This document shows, one piece after another, positions 20,459-33,106 of a stretch of 64,000 nt of DNA. This DNA comes from Pseudovirgaria hyperparasitica. Lineage: Eukaryota. The position numbers were made by a program, and so were the translations under genes. Where the stretch lies: NCBI GenBank assembly GCA_010093815.1, contig ML996575.1. The stretch is one strand, 5' to 3'. Position 1 is the stretch's first letter; every line of letters starts with the position of its first letter. The notes beneath the pieces were generated by a model. It was not told the origin of the DNA, ran no database searches, and saw nothing but the letters and a program-made list of their open reading frames with translations.

Positions 20459-21809
20459 AGTTGACGTACCCACTAATGAGCCAACCCACTAATGAACCAC
20501 GTGATTTGAGTACGACTCCAAACGCCTATATTAATAACTATATACTTAAAACAGAGGGAATTCATATAAACAAGCCTTATATGCCTCCTTAGAGACTATC
20601 TATCTAGTCTATAGTAATTAAGTCCCTAATTCCTTAAGCTTTTCCGCACGTTTAATGGCTCGAACTACCTCTACTACCGCCTCCTTCTTCTCCTTATCTA
20701 TAGCCTTCTTTATATATATAATATTCGTAAATTACTTATTAAGATCTATTTTAACCTTCTTCTATTTCCTCTTTTAGACTAGACTATTATAATAAATTAC
20801 TAGCTAGAGCCATAGAAAGATACGTAGACTCTAGTATAAGTAGCGTAAGAGATAGTATAATATATAGAAGAGAGGCCTATAATATAATAGATAGCCTTAG
20901 ATAATAATCTAAGACTAAGGTAGGTATCTATAGGGGGAGCTAATCATAGATACTTAGAATAGATATTCTAAGTAACCTAGTAATTAGGAATAGAATATTA
21001 GTATTCTAAGTAACGTACTAAACGCTTAGAATAAGTATTCTAATTAGAGGACCTTAGTAGAACTATATAGACCCTTTAGACCTAATCTCTAGAGATAGTT
21101 CTATAGTAATTAATTTAAACTTATACTAATATAATTACTACTTTACTCGCCTACTAGCTAGTTACTATTTATACTCTATTAATACTTACTATAAATCTAC
21201 TTATACCTCTTAGAGCCTTCTAAGAATCTTTACCTTTAGAAAAGCTAGGATACTCTATAGAACGGACTACTTTAGGGATAAGCCGTACCCTTATTAAGGA
21301 AGGTTTATTATAGAGCCTTACTAAGGAGTATTTTAACACATGTATTCCGTATTAGGAACTTTATAATCTATCTCTTACCTAATTTAACTATTACTCCGGA
21401 TATAGCCGTGATTTTAATTACTATATTATAGATAATCGTATGGCTTAGGGCTATCTATATCTAATCTAAGTAGATTATCTAATTATATAGGTCCTTCTCT
21501 TAATTAGGAGATAGTATTTAAAGATAATAATTAGCTACTTAGCGTGAGCCTTACTATCTATTAAGGCGTTTTTAAAGAGTAGAGTATAGAATACTATAGG
21601 CGGTAGCGACGGCCTAGATTAATACATAGAGATAATAATAGCGATAGTAAATAGCCATTAAGAGATTATCTTCTAAATAAGGTATTATAAGAAGGTAGAG
21701 GAGGCGTGGTTATTAAGTATTTTAAGATTAAAGATTGAGTATGCGTGTAGACGCGTACTTAAATCACGTGGTTCATTAGTGGGTTGGCTCATTAGTGGGT
21801 ACGTCAACT
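20459..21809 (-). mobile_element. RIP-degraded, internally deleted Fot1/pogo-type DNA transposon
   Basis: About 56-bp TIRs (AGTTGACGTACCCACTAATGAGCCAACCCACTAATGAACCACGTGATTT..) with one mismatch and TA on both sides. The minus strand near 21690-21313 retains a degraded HTH-type transposase N-terminus (AYSILYSTL*KRLN, LGKR). TpA-rich. Confidence 0.88.
20788..21312 (+). mobile_element. Solo LTR of the same gypsy family as the 37153-44192 element, inside the pogo relic
   Basis: Reverse complement aligns along its length with the 530-bp LTRs at 37153-37682 and 43663-44192 (e.g. GAACGGACTACTTTAGGGATAAGCCG, CTTTACTCGCCTACTAGCTAG). Confidence 0.9.
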
Positions 21810-22189
21810 TACAGAACGTGGAGCCTGGTTCCCAATCTGATCCCTTGTCCACCCGGGAAACTGGAGGGCAGTCCACCCGCCCTTAGCCAGCGACTCTCGG
21901 GCCACTACCCAGCCAACCTCCCAAGTTCCTGCCAACGACACCACACCACCACTTACTCACCACCTCCACACCACCTACCTATACACCAGGATCCATGGCA
22001 TCTGGTGTACATAACTACCTACTGTAATTAGTTACATACAGTATGTACGTAAGGTGACCAGCCGTACCTAGGTAGTCCGCTTTCCCTTCACTCCACTCCC
22101 TTCTCTCGTTCTCACCACCACCACCACCCTCCCTCTATTGCAGCGACCATATCACCGCCAGATATCCCGAATATTGCGCCAACCTTATC

Positions 22190-24378
22190 ATGAGCCCGCA
22201 GCATTCCTCGTCGTCTTCATCTGCCAACAAGGAACTGCCGTGTGATCAGTGTCACAAGCGCAAAGTATGTCTGTCTGTTTGTGGTTCTCCCTTCCGCCTC
22301 CCCGCTCTTCTTGTGTGTGCTTAGACATGATGTACATGGTCAGAGGAAGCAGCCGCTCCGCCTGCTCAGAAGACGCAAGAAACAGGCCATCTGACTCTTG
22401 CTGCAGGTGAAATGCGGAGGTGGGACGCCTTGTAGTCGCTGTGTCGACTCTGGTCTGCAATGTTCCCGTAATATTGTGCGTAAGAAGAGAGGTCCCAAAA
22501 AAGGTCACGGGGCCGTCATCTCCAGACTGCGAGCAGAGTCGACCTCGTCACAGCCGCCGGAGGACTTTGTGCCTCATACACATCCTCCTCCGCAGTCGAC
22601 AAGTCATCCTGCTAGCCTAGTCGATCACCCGTCGACTGGCTTGCCCGTGTCGTCGTTGCTCAACGATGTAAGCTCAAAAGGATGTCCAGTAAGAATCTGG
22701 AGTCCTATGTGCTGACGGTCTGTAGCCTCACGATGTATCTCATCCGCCCCAACAAATCCCAGGACTAGGAGATCAATTTATCACCCTAAATGACTTTGCT
22801 CAGCACATCTTGAGTGCGAACAACCTGTTTGGTTCTCAATCTCAGTATTTTGCTTCTCACACTGAGCCTACCTTTGGCTCTCCGCTAGCCTCTAGCTCGG
22901 CTTCAAACAGCATCGAAACGTTTCCGAAGATTGAATCGCCTGACGATTATGTGACTCCCATCATGATGGACACCCAGCTTAACCTGGGATCTCCTGCTTT
23001 CTGGGCGCAAGGCTCCCCAGAGAGCGAGACACTATTACACAAATGCATTAACCTGTTCTTCCAAAACATGTATCCAATTTTTCCTTTAGTTCACGAAGCG
23101 ACTTTCCGTGCAAAGCTCGGTAATCCTGGTGAACTGGAAACCATCGACAGGGTCCTGATACTTGCCATGTGCGCCTTGTCCATCATACAGGTCTCGGATG
23201 TCGCATGGGGTAACCTCAGCCATGACTCGCGCATGACCAAGGGCAAAGATCTCATACGACAAGCTTTGGAGTTGCGACTCACGTGCGACTTCACTGAGAT
23301 GAGCTCACTCGCCGGTATCTTGACATCTTTGTTCCTACAGACTGCCTATTTCGAGCTTCGCAGGAGACGATCATCATGGTTCTACTTACGTGAAGCCATC
23401 ACACTAGCTCAGGCAGCGAGATTACACGAGGCATCTGGCTATGAAGGTATGGACTATGTGGAGCGGATATGTGCTCAAAGAATATATGCTATACTGTTCA
23501 TAACTGAGCGCGGCGCCTCGATTCTTAGTGTGCTGCCGGTCAGCATAAAATTCGTTCCCGTACTACCAGCAGATATACTTCCTGGCGAGGATCCAAGTAT
23601 TCTATCTGGCTTGCAAAGCATATATACTTTATTCAGCCTCTTGGACGAAAGCTTCGTGGAGCTCTGGAATGCACCGACTGAGCCTTTTCCACAGCGACAA
23701 GGTCACGTCAATATCGCTGCAATGCAGCACAAACTAAAGGCTTTAGATCTCGACACCATGGGGCTTACCGTTATCCAAAGCGCTGACATTCGGGTCACAC
23801 AACAATGGCTGAGACTAGTCTTCTGGCAAGCTGCGATGCGCCAAGGGTTGGTCTTCCGACGTGTGCCCCATAACGTGTCCACTGACATTTCTTGAATAGT
23901 CTGATTTCGAGTACTGCGGAGGACTCAGCTTTCACTTACGATTTTCCTCGTGAAATCGGTCATTTACTGGTCAATATTCTCAAATCTCTACCTCCAGCGG
24001 CGATCCAGGCACATGGACTTGGCATAGTAAGTTTGTCCTACGAGCATAGTACCTGCGAGAACGCTTGTGGCGCTGCGACTGTTCCCAGTACAAAAAATGA
24101 ATACTGATATGCTAGTATAGTTTGAGAAGCAGTTCGAGGTTGCTTACTCGCTTCTGGACAACTTGACGCTGTCCCAATCAAAGTCACCAGAGGACTACGA
24201 GAATCTACGATTTATATTCCGATGCTTATCAGCATCGCCTAGCTCAAGAGATACCTACGTGCGTGCATTGGAAACAAAGATGGACAATCAACGACGACCG
24301 TCGAACACTGCTGGTATCGAGTTTGTCGTTAATTGGGATCTAAGGACTCATGAAGGTCGTCGCCTCTCTGTCATCTGA
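22190..24378 (+). CDS. Zn(II)2Cys6 transcription factor, MalR/AmyR-like, multi-exon
   Basis: CDQCHKRK|VKCGGGTPCSRCVDSGLQC across intron 22265-22406, RKKRGPK linker, and a fungal TF middle region (YPIFPLVHE, WFYLREAITLAQ, LFITERG, ADIRVTQQWLR, HGLGIFEK). Confidence 0.9.
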
Positions 24379-24564
24379 GCGAGTTCGTATAATTTCCCCG
24401 CCTCTCTTCGTCACATTATTATTCCGCACTCATCACGGAACGAATATAAAAATCGGAGAAAAGATGAGCTTTCGCCAATATCGTCATCGTATACCCGTAG
24501 GATACAGCCAATCAGCAGAAGGCGACAAGACAAGGTAGCGTTCCATTGGGCATACGCCCCGCAA

Positions 24565-24590
24565 CATGCACGTGCTCGTGCACGTGCATG
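24565..24590. promoter_or_regulatory. 11-bp inverted repeat containing two CACGTG E-boxes upstream of the sugar porter
   Basis: CATGCACGTGC-tcgt-GCACGTGCATG, about 235 bp before the ATG at 24825. Function is inferred only. Confidence 0.35.
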
Positions 24591-24824
24591 CTTTGACCAT
24601 GATCTCAATTATCGACATACGAGTTCGACTTTTCCAAAAGCATGCATCAACTGTCATTGACGAAGCCTGCCACGATGGAGAATACTTTACAAAGTTCGTT
24701 CCATCGTCGTTGTTGCCTTGATTGACGCTGTATCTTCACAGTGGCGACCACTCATTTTTCGAGTATTCTTAGTCGTTGAGTTCTTCGACATACCCACCTC
24801 ATCCTGTCTAGATCCTCGTCCATA

Positions 24825-26435
24825 ATGCCAGCTGGATCAGCATCTACTTCCAAGGGTAATGATGTCTACAAAACTCTGGCAAACAATACCAACGCATGTT
24901 GGTGGAAGGATCCAGGTCTACGACGCCTTAACATTGGTATCATCCTCACTTTTGCCTCCGCAACCGCCAATGGCTTCGATGGCTCATTAATGAATGGCTT
25001 GCTTGCCATCCCAGCTTTCAAGATCGACATTGTGAATCAAGTGAGCACGAATGTGTTGGGTCTGATTATTGCCGCGATCTCACTCGGAGGTCTACCTGCT
25101 CTTATCCCAGCTGGCTATGTCTCCGACCACTTCGGCCGGAAGAAGTGTATTGGCTTGGGAACTTTCATAATGGTCGTCTGCGCTCTCACACAAGCTCTCA
25201 CCAATGGCCCGTGGGCCTTTCTAGGAATGAAGGTTGCATTGGGTGTTGGAATTGCCTTTGTCCTCATCGGCGCACCACCTCTAGCCACAGAAATTGCTCA
25301 TCCACGAATGCGCGGTCAAGTCTCGGCGACATTCCAGACGACATTCTATTGGGGCGCAATTGTCTCTGCAACCGCGACACTCATTGGTTTGTACGTTCGT
25401 GGATCCTGGGCATGGCGTATGCCTGTCATTCTGCAAGTCTTCTTCCCAGTGCTCCAGATCATCGGCCTTTGGATCGTACCTGAATCTCCCCGCTGGCTTG
25501 TTGCTAACAATCGCCTGGATGACGCTTTAGCGATGCTCTCTCGCTACCACGCCAATGGCGATACGTCCGATGCCCTCGTCCAGTACGAATTCAAAGAGAT
25601 TCAAGAAGTCGTTCGCGCTGAACTCGCCACCAAAACATCCTCCTCGTGGGCAGATTTTCTTAGCACATCTGGAAATCGTCGCCGTCTCGCCATATGCATC
25701 ATGGTCGGCTTCATGATCCAATGGGCCGGAAATGGGATCGTTAGCTACTACCTCGCGCCCATCCTCGCATCCGTAGGTGTGACAAACCCCATGCAACAGG
25801 CCAGCATCAACCTGGGCCTTCAAATCTGGAATGCAGGTTTTGCGCTCGCTGGTGCATTTGCATCGGAGCGCTATGGCCGTCGTCCATTATGGCTCACATC
25901 TGCCATCGGCATGTTGGTGTGCTTCATTCTGATCACGCTCCTGGCCGCACTTTACGACGAGCACCACAACACCCACGCCGGCACCGCCGTCATCCCGTTC
26001 CTCTTCTTCTTCTTCGCCTTCTACGACATCGGCTTCACGCCCATGTCTCTGAGCTACCCAGTCGAGATCTTGCCATACAAGCTCCGCAGTCGCGGTCTCT
26101 CAATCACCCTCACGACCGTCTTCGCCACTGGTTTCTTCAACCAATACGTCAATCCCGTTGCGCTGGAGTCGCTTAGGTGGCGCTTTTATTTCGTCTATGT
26201 GGCCTGCTTGGTCCTCTTTATTTGCGTCATATATTTCTTGTTTCCGGAAACGAAAGGACGTACTTTGGAGGAGATTGCGGTCGTGTTTGATGGGCCTGGG
26301 GTGGGGAGTCAGGTGCAACGGAGGGTCAGTGTCAGTGGCACGCAAGAGGAAGAGATGGATGTAAATGGCTATACAAGTGAGAAGGCGCAGGCGTTGATGT
26401 TGGGGACCGAGGAGATGCGGATTGCTAAATTGTAA
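24825..26435 (+). CDS. MFS sugar porter (Lac12/cellodextrin-transporter-like clade), 536 aa, intronless
   Basis: WWKDPGLRRLN, NGFDGSLMNGL, DHFGRK, EIAHPRMRG, PESPRWL, QWAGNGIVSYY, ERYGRR, PETKGRTLEEI. Confidence 0.93.
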   Translation: MPAGSASTSKGNDVYKTLANNTNACWWKDPGLRRLNIGIILTFASATANGFDGSLMNGLLAIPAFKIDIVNQVSTNVLGLIIAAISLGGLPALIPAGYVSDHFGRKKCIGLGTFIMVVCALTQALTNGPWAFLGMKVALGVGIAFVLIGAPPLATEIAHPRMRGQVSATFQTTFYWGAIVSATATLIGLYVRGSWAWRMPVILQVFFPVLQIIGLWIVPESPRWLVANNRLDDALAMLSRYHANGDTSDALVQYEFKEIQEVVRAELATKTSSSWADFLSTSGNRRRLAICIMVGFMIQWAGNGIVSYYLAPILASVGVTNPMQQASINLGLQIWNAGFALAGAFASERYGRRPLWLTSAIGMLVCFILITLLAALYDEHHNTHAGTAVIPFLFFFFAFYDIGFTPMSLSYPVEILPYKLRSRGLSITLTTVFATGFFNQYVNPVALESLRWRFYFVYVACLVLFICVIYFLFPETKGRTLEEIAVVFDGPGVGSQVQRRVSVSGTQEEEMDVNGYTSEKAQALMLGTEEMRIAKL

Positions 26436-27082
26436 AAAATACGGCGTCTGGCACAGACGCATAACTTGTTGTACCTATACGTAAAACTTTTGACACAACT
26501 AACGGCGTTTTGGAGGTGGGAAACTGACTGGGGCAAGGGATGGATATAAAATGTACACACGGACATATCAATGCGATGTTTGAACCAGTTCCTCACAAAG
26601 AAGTCTCCCTCTTACATCTACAACCGTACCACGTATCTGAGTTCAGCGTTCTAGGGCACCAGTAACAAGAATCCGCCAGATGAACAAAATGTCCCGATGT
26701 TAGATATTGAAAGCCACATTAAATGCTGTGTGTGTAATTTGATATAGTCTATAGGACAATGTGGTCGCTATACAAAAGAGATCAGGCCTGTTCGGATCCT
26801 CTTGTTGGGGTCCTGTTAATGCTGCCTGCCAATGTCTGAACAATGTCTGGTAACGGACAGCGATAACTGCGCGATGCCAGCCAGTCTAAGTGCTAAATTG
26901 TATCGATTGGTGTGTTTGTTTTGGGGGGATATCACTCATACAACTTCGTATTCTGCCCATTCGACTTCGTCTTTTCCTTCTCACTGAAGAGTACGAGCTT
27001 CTGCTTTCCGTCTTGGTATTTTCTTTCCTTTCTTCTCTCGGCTCCACTGACCAGAGTCTCGTCTGCTTTCTTGTAAGCCCAA

Positions 27083-28220
27083 TCACGCTGCACTTCCCTC
27101 AACCAATCTCCTTCTCCACCCCTCACAGGCCTCCTCAAATCCCCTTACCACACCTTCACACGTACTCTTGCCCTCCCGATCCGCGAGCTTCTTCTCCCAC
27201 CCGCCCTTCTCGATATACCGTATTCCCTCCTCCTTTGCCTCTGCCTCGCGTCGCCACTCTGCAAGCGTCTCCCGCACGCCGCGTAGTCGGCGCTGTGCCG
27301 TGGCTTGATTTTGTCGCGCCATATGAAGGCTATCTGTGAGTAGAGAGAGGGTTTCGAGGAGTTCGGTCGACGATTGTGAGAGTGCATTGAGGCTGTGGAG
27401 TGGTTGGGAAGGCGCGGTCGGGATGAGCGGGAGTGTGGATTCGATGAGTGGAATGAGAGCAGCGAGGATGTCTGCATCGAGGGGCGGTGCAAGCGGAGAG
27501 AAGAGGGTCGAGGTGAGGGATGTGAGGGTACGGGTTTGGTGGGTTATGTGGGATGCGAGGGCAGTGTGGGCTGTCGTTAGACTGTCATACAAGATTAGCA
27601 TTTGAGCAGAGATACGTATACAGAATGACACACCGAGACGCACTGCTCTCCACGCCAGCCTGGCTGCCCAGGTCACGGAGTGATGCGGTGACGCGAGACA
27701 CGACACCGTCGTTTGCGCTGCCGTTTTCTTCGAGACCGCGTCGTGCCAGACTCTCTACTTCTGCGATCTGGCGCTCTAGACCCTTGCTCATATTCTGGTC
27801 CGCCTCCAGGTCGTCCTCGTCGCCGTAGTCGCTGCCATCATACAGGCTCTCATTGCGCCGATGTGCATTTCCTGGCTTTAGACCTTGGATGTCACCTTTT
27901 GTCCTGTCCGCCCCCAGGATGGAGGAATCGTTCGCTTCGCTTGCAATCTGTGTTTCGTCCTCTACGGCATCTTCGTCGGAGTCCCATTCGCCGAGTTCGT
28001 CTGCTAGACTACCCAGACCATTTCCACTACCAGCGGCAGGGACGTCGTGTTCGCCATCAAACTGAGGCTGGGTCGGGGATCCGATGGGTGAGAAGTCTTG
28101 GTATGAGGAGGACTGGCGGCTGTGCTGGTATGAGCGTCGGCGGGCGTTCTGGGCGGAGGTGGAGATGTTGGAGGGGTTGCGGCGGTGAGATGTCGTTGGG
28201 GATTGTGGTGGGGATGACAT
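27083..28220 (-). CDS. Hypothetical fungal protein (Ser-rich/acidic N-terminus, helical C-terminus), 2 exons
   Basis: Two long ORFs joined by an intron near 27596-27646 (GTGTGT..GCTAAT..ACAG). Motifs LGSLADEL, YDGSDYG, RLTTAHTAL, GFEEAC..WR.RL look conserved, but the function is not recognised. Confidence 0.75.
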
Positions 28221-30451
28221 CGAGATGATGTGGGTGAATTTAACTTTCTACCCTTCTTGATGCGTCCAAGACAATATCGTCGGTACGATTCTGATACTGA
28301 CGTGGTGAGCTATGCGGTGGAAGTGTTTTGTGGGTAGTCTGATGGAATTATTTAGACTGGTCACTGCCGATACCGACGTGGACCGTTTCGACGGAGCACA
28401 AACACGCTAGCGTGTATACAAGTCTTAGACAATGACCAAGGGCTCTTTCAGTGTGATGCTGATATGGCTGACACTTGGAGTGCAACAGTGAGTAGACGAA
28501 AGAAACACTTCTCGCTGAGGTAATTTAATGTGGTTCCGTTCCCGCATGGTCGTGGGTTTAGGGACCCTGAAGTCGCCTCGGCCTAGCCGTTGTTGCCGTG
28601 ACGGTCATCCTTGCAATAACTATTAATTATCACAAGCTTCATGTACCAAGAAACGAACATAGCGAGGCATATGTTGATGTTCAAACATTTCCGTTCACTA
28701 AAAGACAGACTTTATTGCTACGTATGTAGTATCGAGTCCCGTCTATAACGACAGTTTGCAAGTTACAGCCGACTTTGTGAGCCCTGTGACCCCCATCCAT
28801 GCAGGCTAGGGCCGTGGTCCTAACATTGTCTCCTGTAACGACGCGCATGCTGGTTACTGTAGGTGTTTCAACCCGTAGACACCAGCTCGCGCACTTGATT
28901 CTTGCCTGTGAATAGTCTCCGCTCATCGCAATGGTCTCATTTTCCCTGCTCTGCCTTTTGAACTTGCAGCGAAAGCTGCGACCAGAAATTTTGTCCGTTT
29001 GCCATGTTCTTCGCGTCAACTTCTGCATCACTGTGAGCTCCCAATTTGGTATAGCTTGGCAGGTGAGTTTTACGATTCTTGGTCCATACGCCGCTACTTC
29101 GCTTTGATACCGAGTCCCCTTGCACTTTCATATGTGGATCGCCTGTCCAGGAATCAGCTACAAAGTGCGCGTGAACTTGATGATGGCTTACCGGAACCCG
29201 AGCCAATGGCTTCTTTGTAGTCTATAACAGTGTCAGCGTGTCAGCGATGACTATCGTCGTAGCACCAGCGAAGTCCAAGAGGAGGCTACCTACTCTTTGT
29301 GAGGAAATTTTTGACTTCAGTGGAGTTGAAGCCTCTGATCGGCGCATATGCAGGCGCGCCAGCTTTACCGCTTACTTGCGGTGCAGCCGGCACTGGTGTA
29401 CTTCTGCGGTCGCCTCCTGCAGCGGATCCGCTCCGCGAATTTCTGTCCTGTCCGGCCCAAGCATTACCGGAGGACGAAGAAGGTATGGCTTGGCGACTAG
29501 TATCTTGACGGTTGGGTGCGTTCGTGCCAGAGCGGTCTTGCGTCGCGTTCTGGCCTTGCTGTCTGTTCTGGCGCTGCTGCTGCTGAGGGCCGCCCCGGGA
29601 CCAGCTGTGTTGTCAATAAAGACTCTGTTGATGGGGTGCAACACGTGAAACTTACCGATTCTCAGCCGCTGCGCTCATTGCAAGAGGGGCTCTGAAGCTT
29701 TGCGGTGTGGTGAGAGAGCACAGAGCTTGAGCTGGTCTGGACTGTAAGTACCGAGCTCCAGTCTGAAGGTGTGTTGGATATCGTGGTCCGTGCACAGAAG
29801 CGGAGGAACGGAGGACTAAGTCCGGCTTTCCCGTTCTCATCTACGGGCTGCTGTCATTCATGTATTTTGAGTCCATACCTGTGCCATTCCCGTAGCTTTG
29901 TACTTGAAGGAACGATAGAGCCGTGGTTGAGCAGACAAGCGATACGACTCAACCCTATCCACCATACTAAGCGCTCTGTAATACGAGTCGTCTTCATATC
30001 AACTCTCTTCGCATACTCCACTTCAACCTTCTCATTAGCCACAAGATCCAAAGCGTTCCAGGCACAAATTTCTGATAATATTTTAACATTCTACTGACCA
30101 TAGTAACCTTCGATCGTTACTTCCTTCTCAATGTCTCCAAATACCCACCTTTCATTCATGTCGTCAGTTGAACACATGGTGCGAAACACTATAGATATCA
30201 GCTTGCATTTTTCACCACCACAGTCTTCACGCGACAAACATGACGAAATCTGCCAAGATCTCTGACCGAATTACAGCTGTTCTTGTACATTAAAATATTC
30301 CAATAGCCACCCACTAGAATTACAGCACGCCCAGCAGCATATACTCCAGTGATCGTAGACACTCTCCCAATCATTCTCGGATCTGAACGATATCGTCCCT
30401 TATCTATACATTTCATTCGATGCCCATCTTTCACCATTCTCTAAGCTCTGG

Positions 30452-30739
30452 ATGTGTATCATTATATCAACGGTCCATACCTGCGCCCATACACACCCCG
30501 AACCCACAGTAGTCCGCTGCCAACGCCATATGATCGAACGTGGCGTGTACCGCAAGAGCCACTGTATGTCCAGGAACTGTCAGAAGAAGACTTGGAGGAG
30601 CTTTGAACGGTGTGAAAAATGTCAAGACCTTGATCGAACAGCGACAATGGGGATAAGAGGGAAAAGAGGGAGGCGAGAAGCAGTAAGGAACTGGGCGCGT
30701 GAGCGGTCTATGGGGAAGCTCTGGTCTGTAAAGAGATAG
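30452..30739 (+). CDS. Small Cys/His-rich hypothetical protein (95 aa), possible zinc-binding
   Basis: MC-x8-CAH...C...C...C-x2-C pattern of a type common in small fungal ORFs, with a basic C-terminus. Confidence 0.5.
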   Translation: MCIIISTVHTCAHTHPEPTVVRCQRHMIERGVYRKSHCMSRNCQKKTWRSFERCEKCQDLDRTATMGIRGKRGRREAVRNWARERSMGKLWSVKR

Positions 30740-31235
30740 ACTGCAAGGCATATGCAAAGATACGAGAAAGACGAAATGAGATGAAGAAAACGGCACCAGA
30801 TGTATGCAGGCGTATCGAGTCGTGAATTTTGAATGCTGATGATAGCAACATAAGGGTAGGGTATCTGTATTCTCTCTTGTGTGCTAATCGCACATTCGAC
30901 ATCCTTTTTTTCTGCTTTTCATTCTTTGCTGTGCCATGTTCAATTCGTCGTCTCGCATCTCAACCATCTTGCCAGTGTTTTCCAATCGTCCCTCCCTACG
31001 GTGGCTTACCGATCTCTTCGGCTCTCCGTCAAGTATATAGCGAAGCTATCATGTATCATAGAGTGAGAGTGCGGTCTTCTGCGGCTCAGACTCGTGTGTT
31101 GTATCCACTCTGGAGTCGACACTTGGAAATAATACTCACTATCAGCGACACGTAGTCCCCAAATCTTTTTCTCACCCGGTGTAAGTGTGCTGGCTCTCAG
31201 AATCAATTATAAAGCTACAGTGTGCATTGGTAAGA

Positions 31236-31700
31236 TCAACGACATATCCCTCCCTTTGAAGCTCTAGACGAATACCGATGCAACCCTTGAGTAGCTGCAA
31301 GGTCCTGTTCCTGACATGACAATCGTTTAACTTCAGCCTCAACTCCGATTTCATCGATAACGATTGTACCTGTTATAGTGAGGTAAGACCCTTTAAGGCC
31401 CTCGATTTTCCCGTGGACGCACCCGTGTGGAAGTTGAAACAGTAGCATCTCCGCGAAGGCGAGGCTTCGATCATCACACAATGTCTCATGTCTCGGCCAG
31501 TCCACAGCCTTGCAAGCTTTCTTGAAGTAGCCAGGAAGTCGATCGTCAACATTGCTGGAACAACTTCCGCAAGAATGCATTCTTTCCCGGGCAAATATAG
31601 TCTACGCTCCTTGTCTTCTCAGGTAAAGTGTCGGAGTTGCAGAGGGTCCGCTCCTGAGTTTGGCGCGCTCAATACCCTCAGAGATTAGAGTTACTGTGAC
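31236..31700 (-). pseudogene. Degenerate MYND-type zinc-finger protein remnant
   Basis: CGSC...YFKKACKAVDWPRHETLC resembles the MYND consensus CxxC..YCxxxCQxxDWxxHKxxC with a lost Cys. An in-frame stop lies just upstream. Confidence 0.4.
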
Positions 31701-32238
31701 GACAAGGGGTGTTGGAAGGGTCATTACCTCAAGGTAGGTGAGTAGAGATTGCAGTACTGAGGTTGTATTTCTCTGGCTCAGTCTGCTCGTATAGTACTTC
31801 TCGAACGACAAGCTCGATGTAGCCGCGTATGACAGTACCGAATGTGAGTTCTTCGAGTGCTTTCATTGCTCTTTGTCAGCTTCTATTTATGATCTAAATC
31901 AGAGGAAGCTTCGTTCTCGTACTGTTATCAGACTGCTAGTCCTTCACCGTGATCGATCTTGATTGGTTGTGATTATGGAGTCAGCCAGCAAGAGGCTGAA
32001 GTAGTGAAGAGGGAGAACATAGGTGTGTGTGAGGAACGGCAACACTTCTTCAAGTTTCAGAAAGTCAGATGAAAATGCTGTGGCGAAGAATAGTAAACGA
32101 GGCGGACGAGATACGCCCTAAGGCAAGTGGTTGGTCACATGCGTGTCGCCGGTGCGTGCGTGCTTGTTGGGCCTATCTGCGCTTCTAGCAAATTTCACCT
32201 TTTATATTTTCAAAAAAGTCAGCTACTTTCAGTCAGCG

Positions 32239-32349
32239 GCACTGATGGCTTAACTGCCTCCAACGCGCACACAATCTCGCTCAAAAAACCACGCTAGTCC
32301 CAAGCGCAGGTTTCTGCAAGAGATCCCAGGTTCAATCCTGGGCCCTGCA
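32239..32349 (+). pseudogene. Possible tRNA-derived pseudogene / Pol III remnant
   Basis: A-box-like TGGCTTAACTG, T-arm-like CCAGG-TTCAAT-CCTGG and a downstream T-run. The acceptor stem pairs poorly and no anticodon arm could be assigned. Confidence 0.3.
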
Positions 32350-33106
32350 GTTTTGTTTTGAATATACATTGTCGCGCTAGGCCTAATCGGGAGATTCCAA
32401 GTGAATTCAGGGGTCGTAATTTTTCCGGTTCGTAGAAAGCGATAACAGACTTCATACTAAGTTAGTACTAATACTTTTAGATAGTGTAATATAAGAGTAG
32501 AAAGAGGACACTGTATCAGTAAGCGACATGACAAGTCGTAGGCAATGATGCGGCCGGAGAGCAAGTCACTTAGACTATGATTATGTTGGTCTGGAACGAG
32601 TGAGCCATCAAACTGTGTCAGGTGAGGAAGAAACGTCGTTGAATAGGGCGTAGGGTGTAATGCATTATAGTCACTGCGAGAAGCTATCATGCAGTGTTCC
32701 ATTGCTAGAAAAAATCTTTTGTCGACACGAGGAAAATTAAATATCGAAGTACATTTGTTGCGAAGCTCAGTCACCTTTAACTGAGATACAGAACATAAAA
32801 GAGAATAAAACATGGCGTATGACCTGATGGGGATCCTGCAGCCCAAAGAAGAAGCAGCCCATCAGCGACTACAGCACACATGTACTAAAGAAACAGAGAA
32901 AGACGAATAGATTTGCAACTTGTATGAAAGAGTCACAAGTAGTCGCTGAAAGAAGAAGACGATAGATAGCAATACAGCAGTATCTCACGTACAGTAACAT
33001 AGACCATACATCTTCCAATACCACACCATCTTCATCCCAAGCTACATATATTCACACCTCTCCGAACCTTCCTAGGACCTCTCGAATCATCTCGTCGATG
33101 TCCTTC

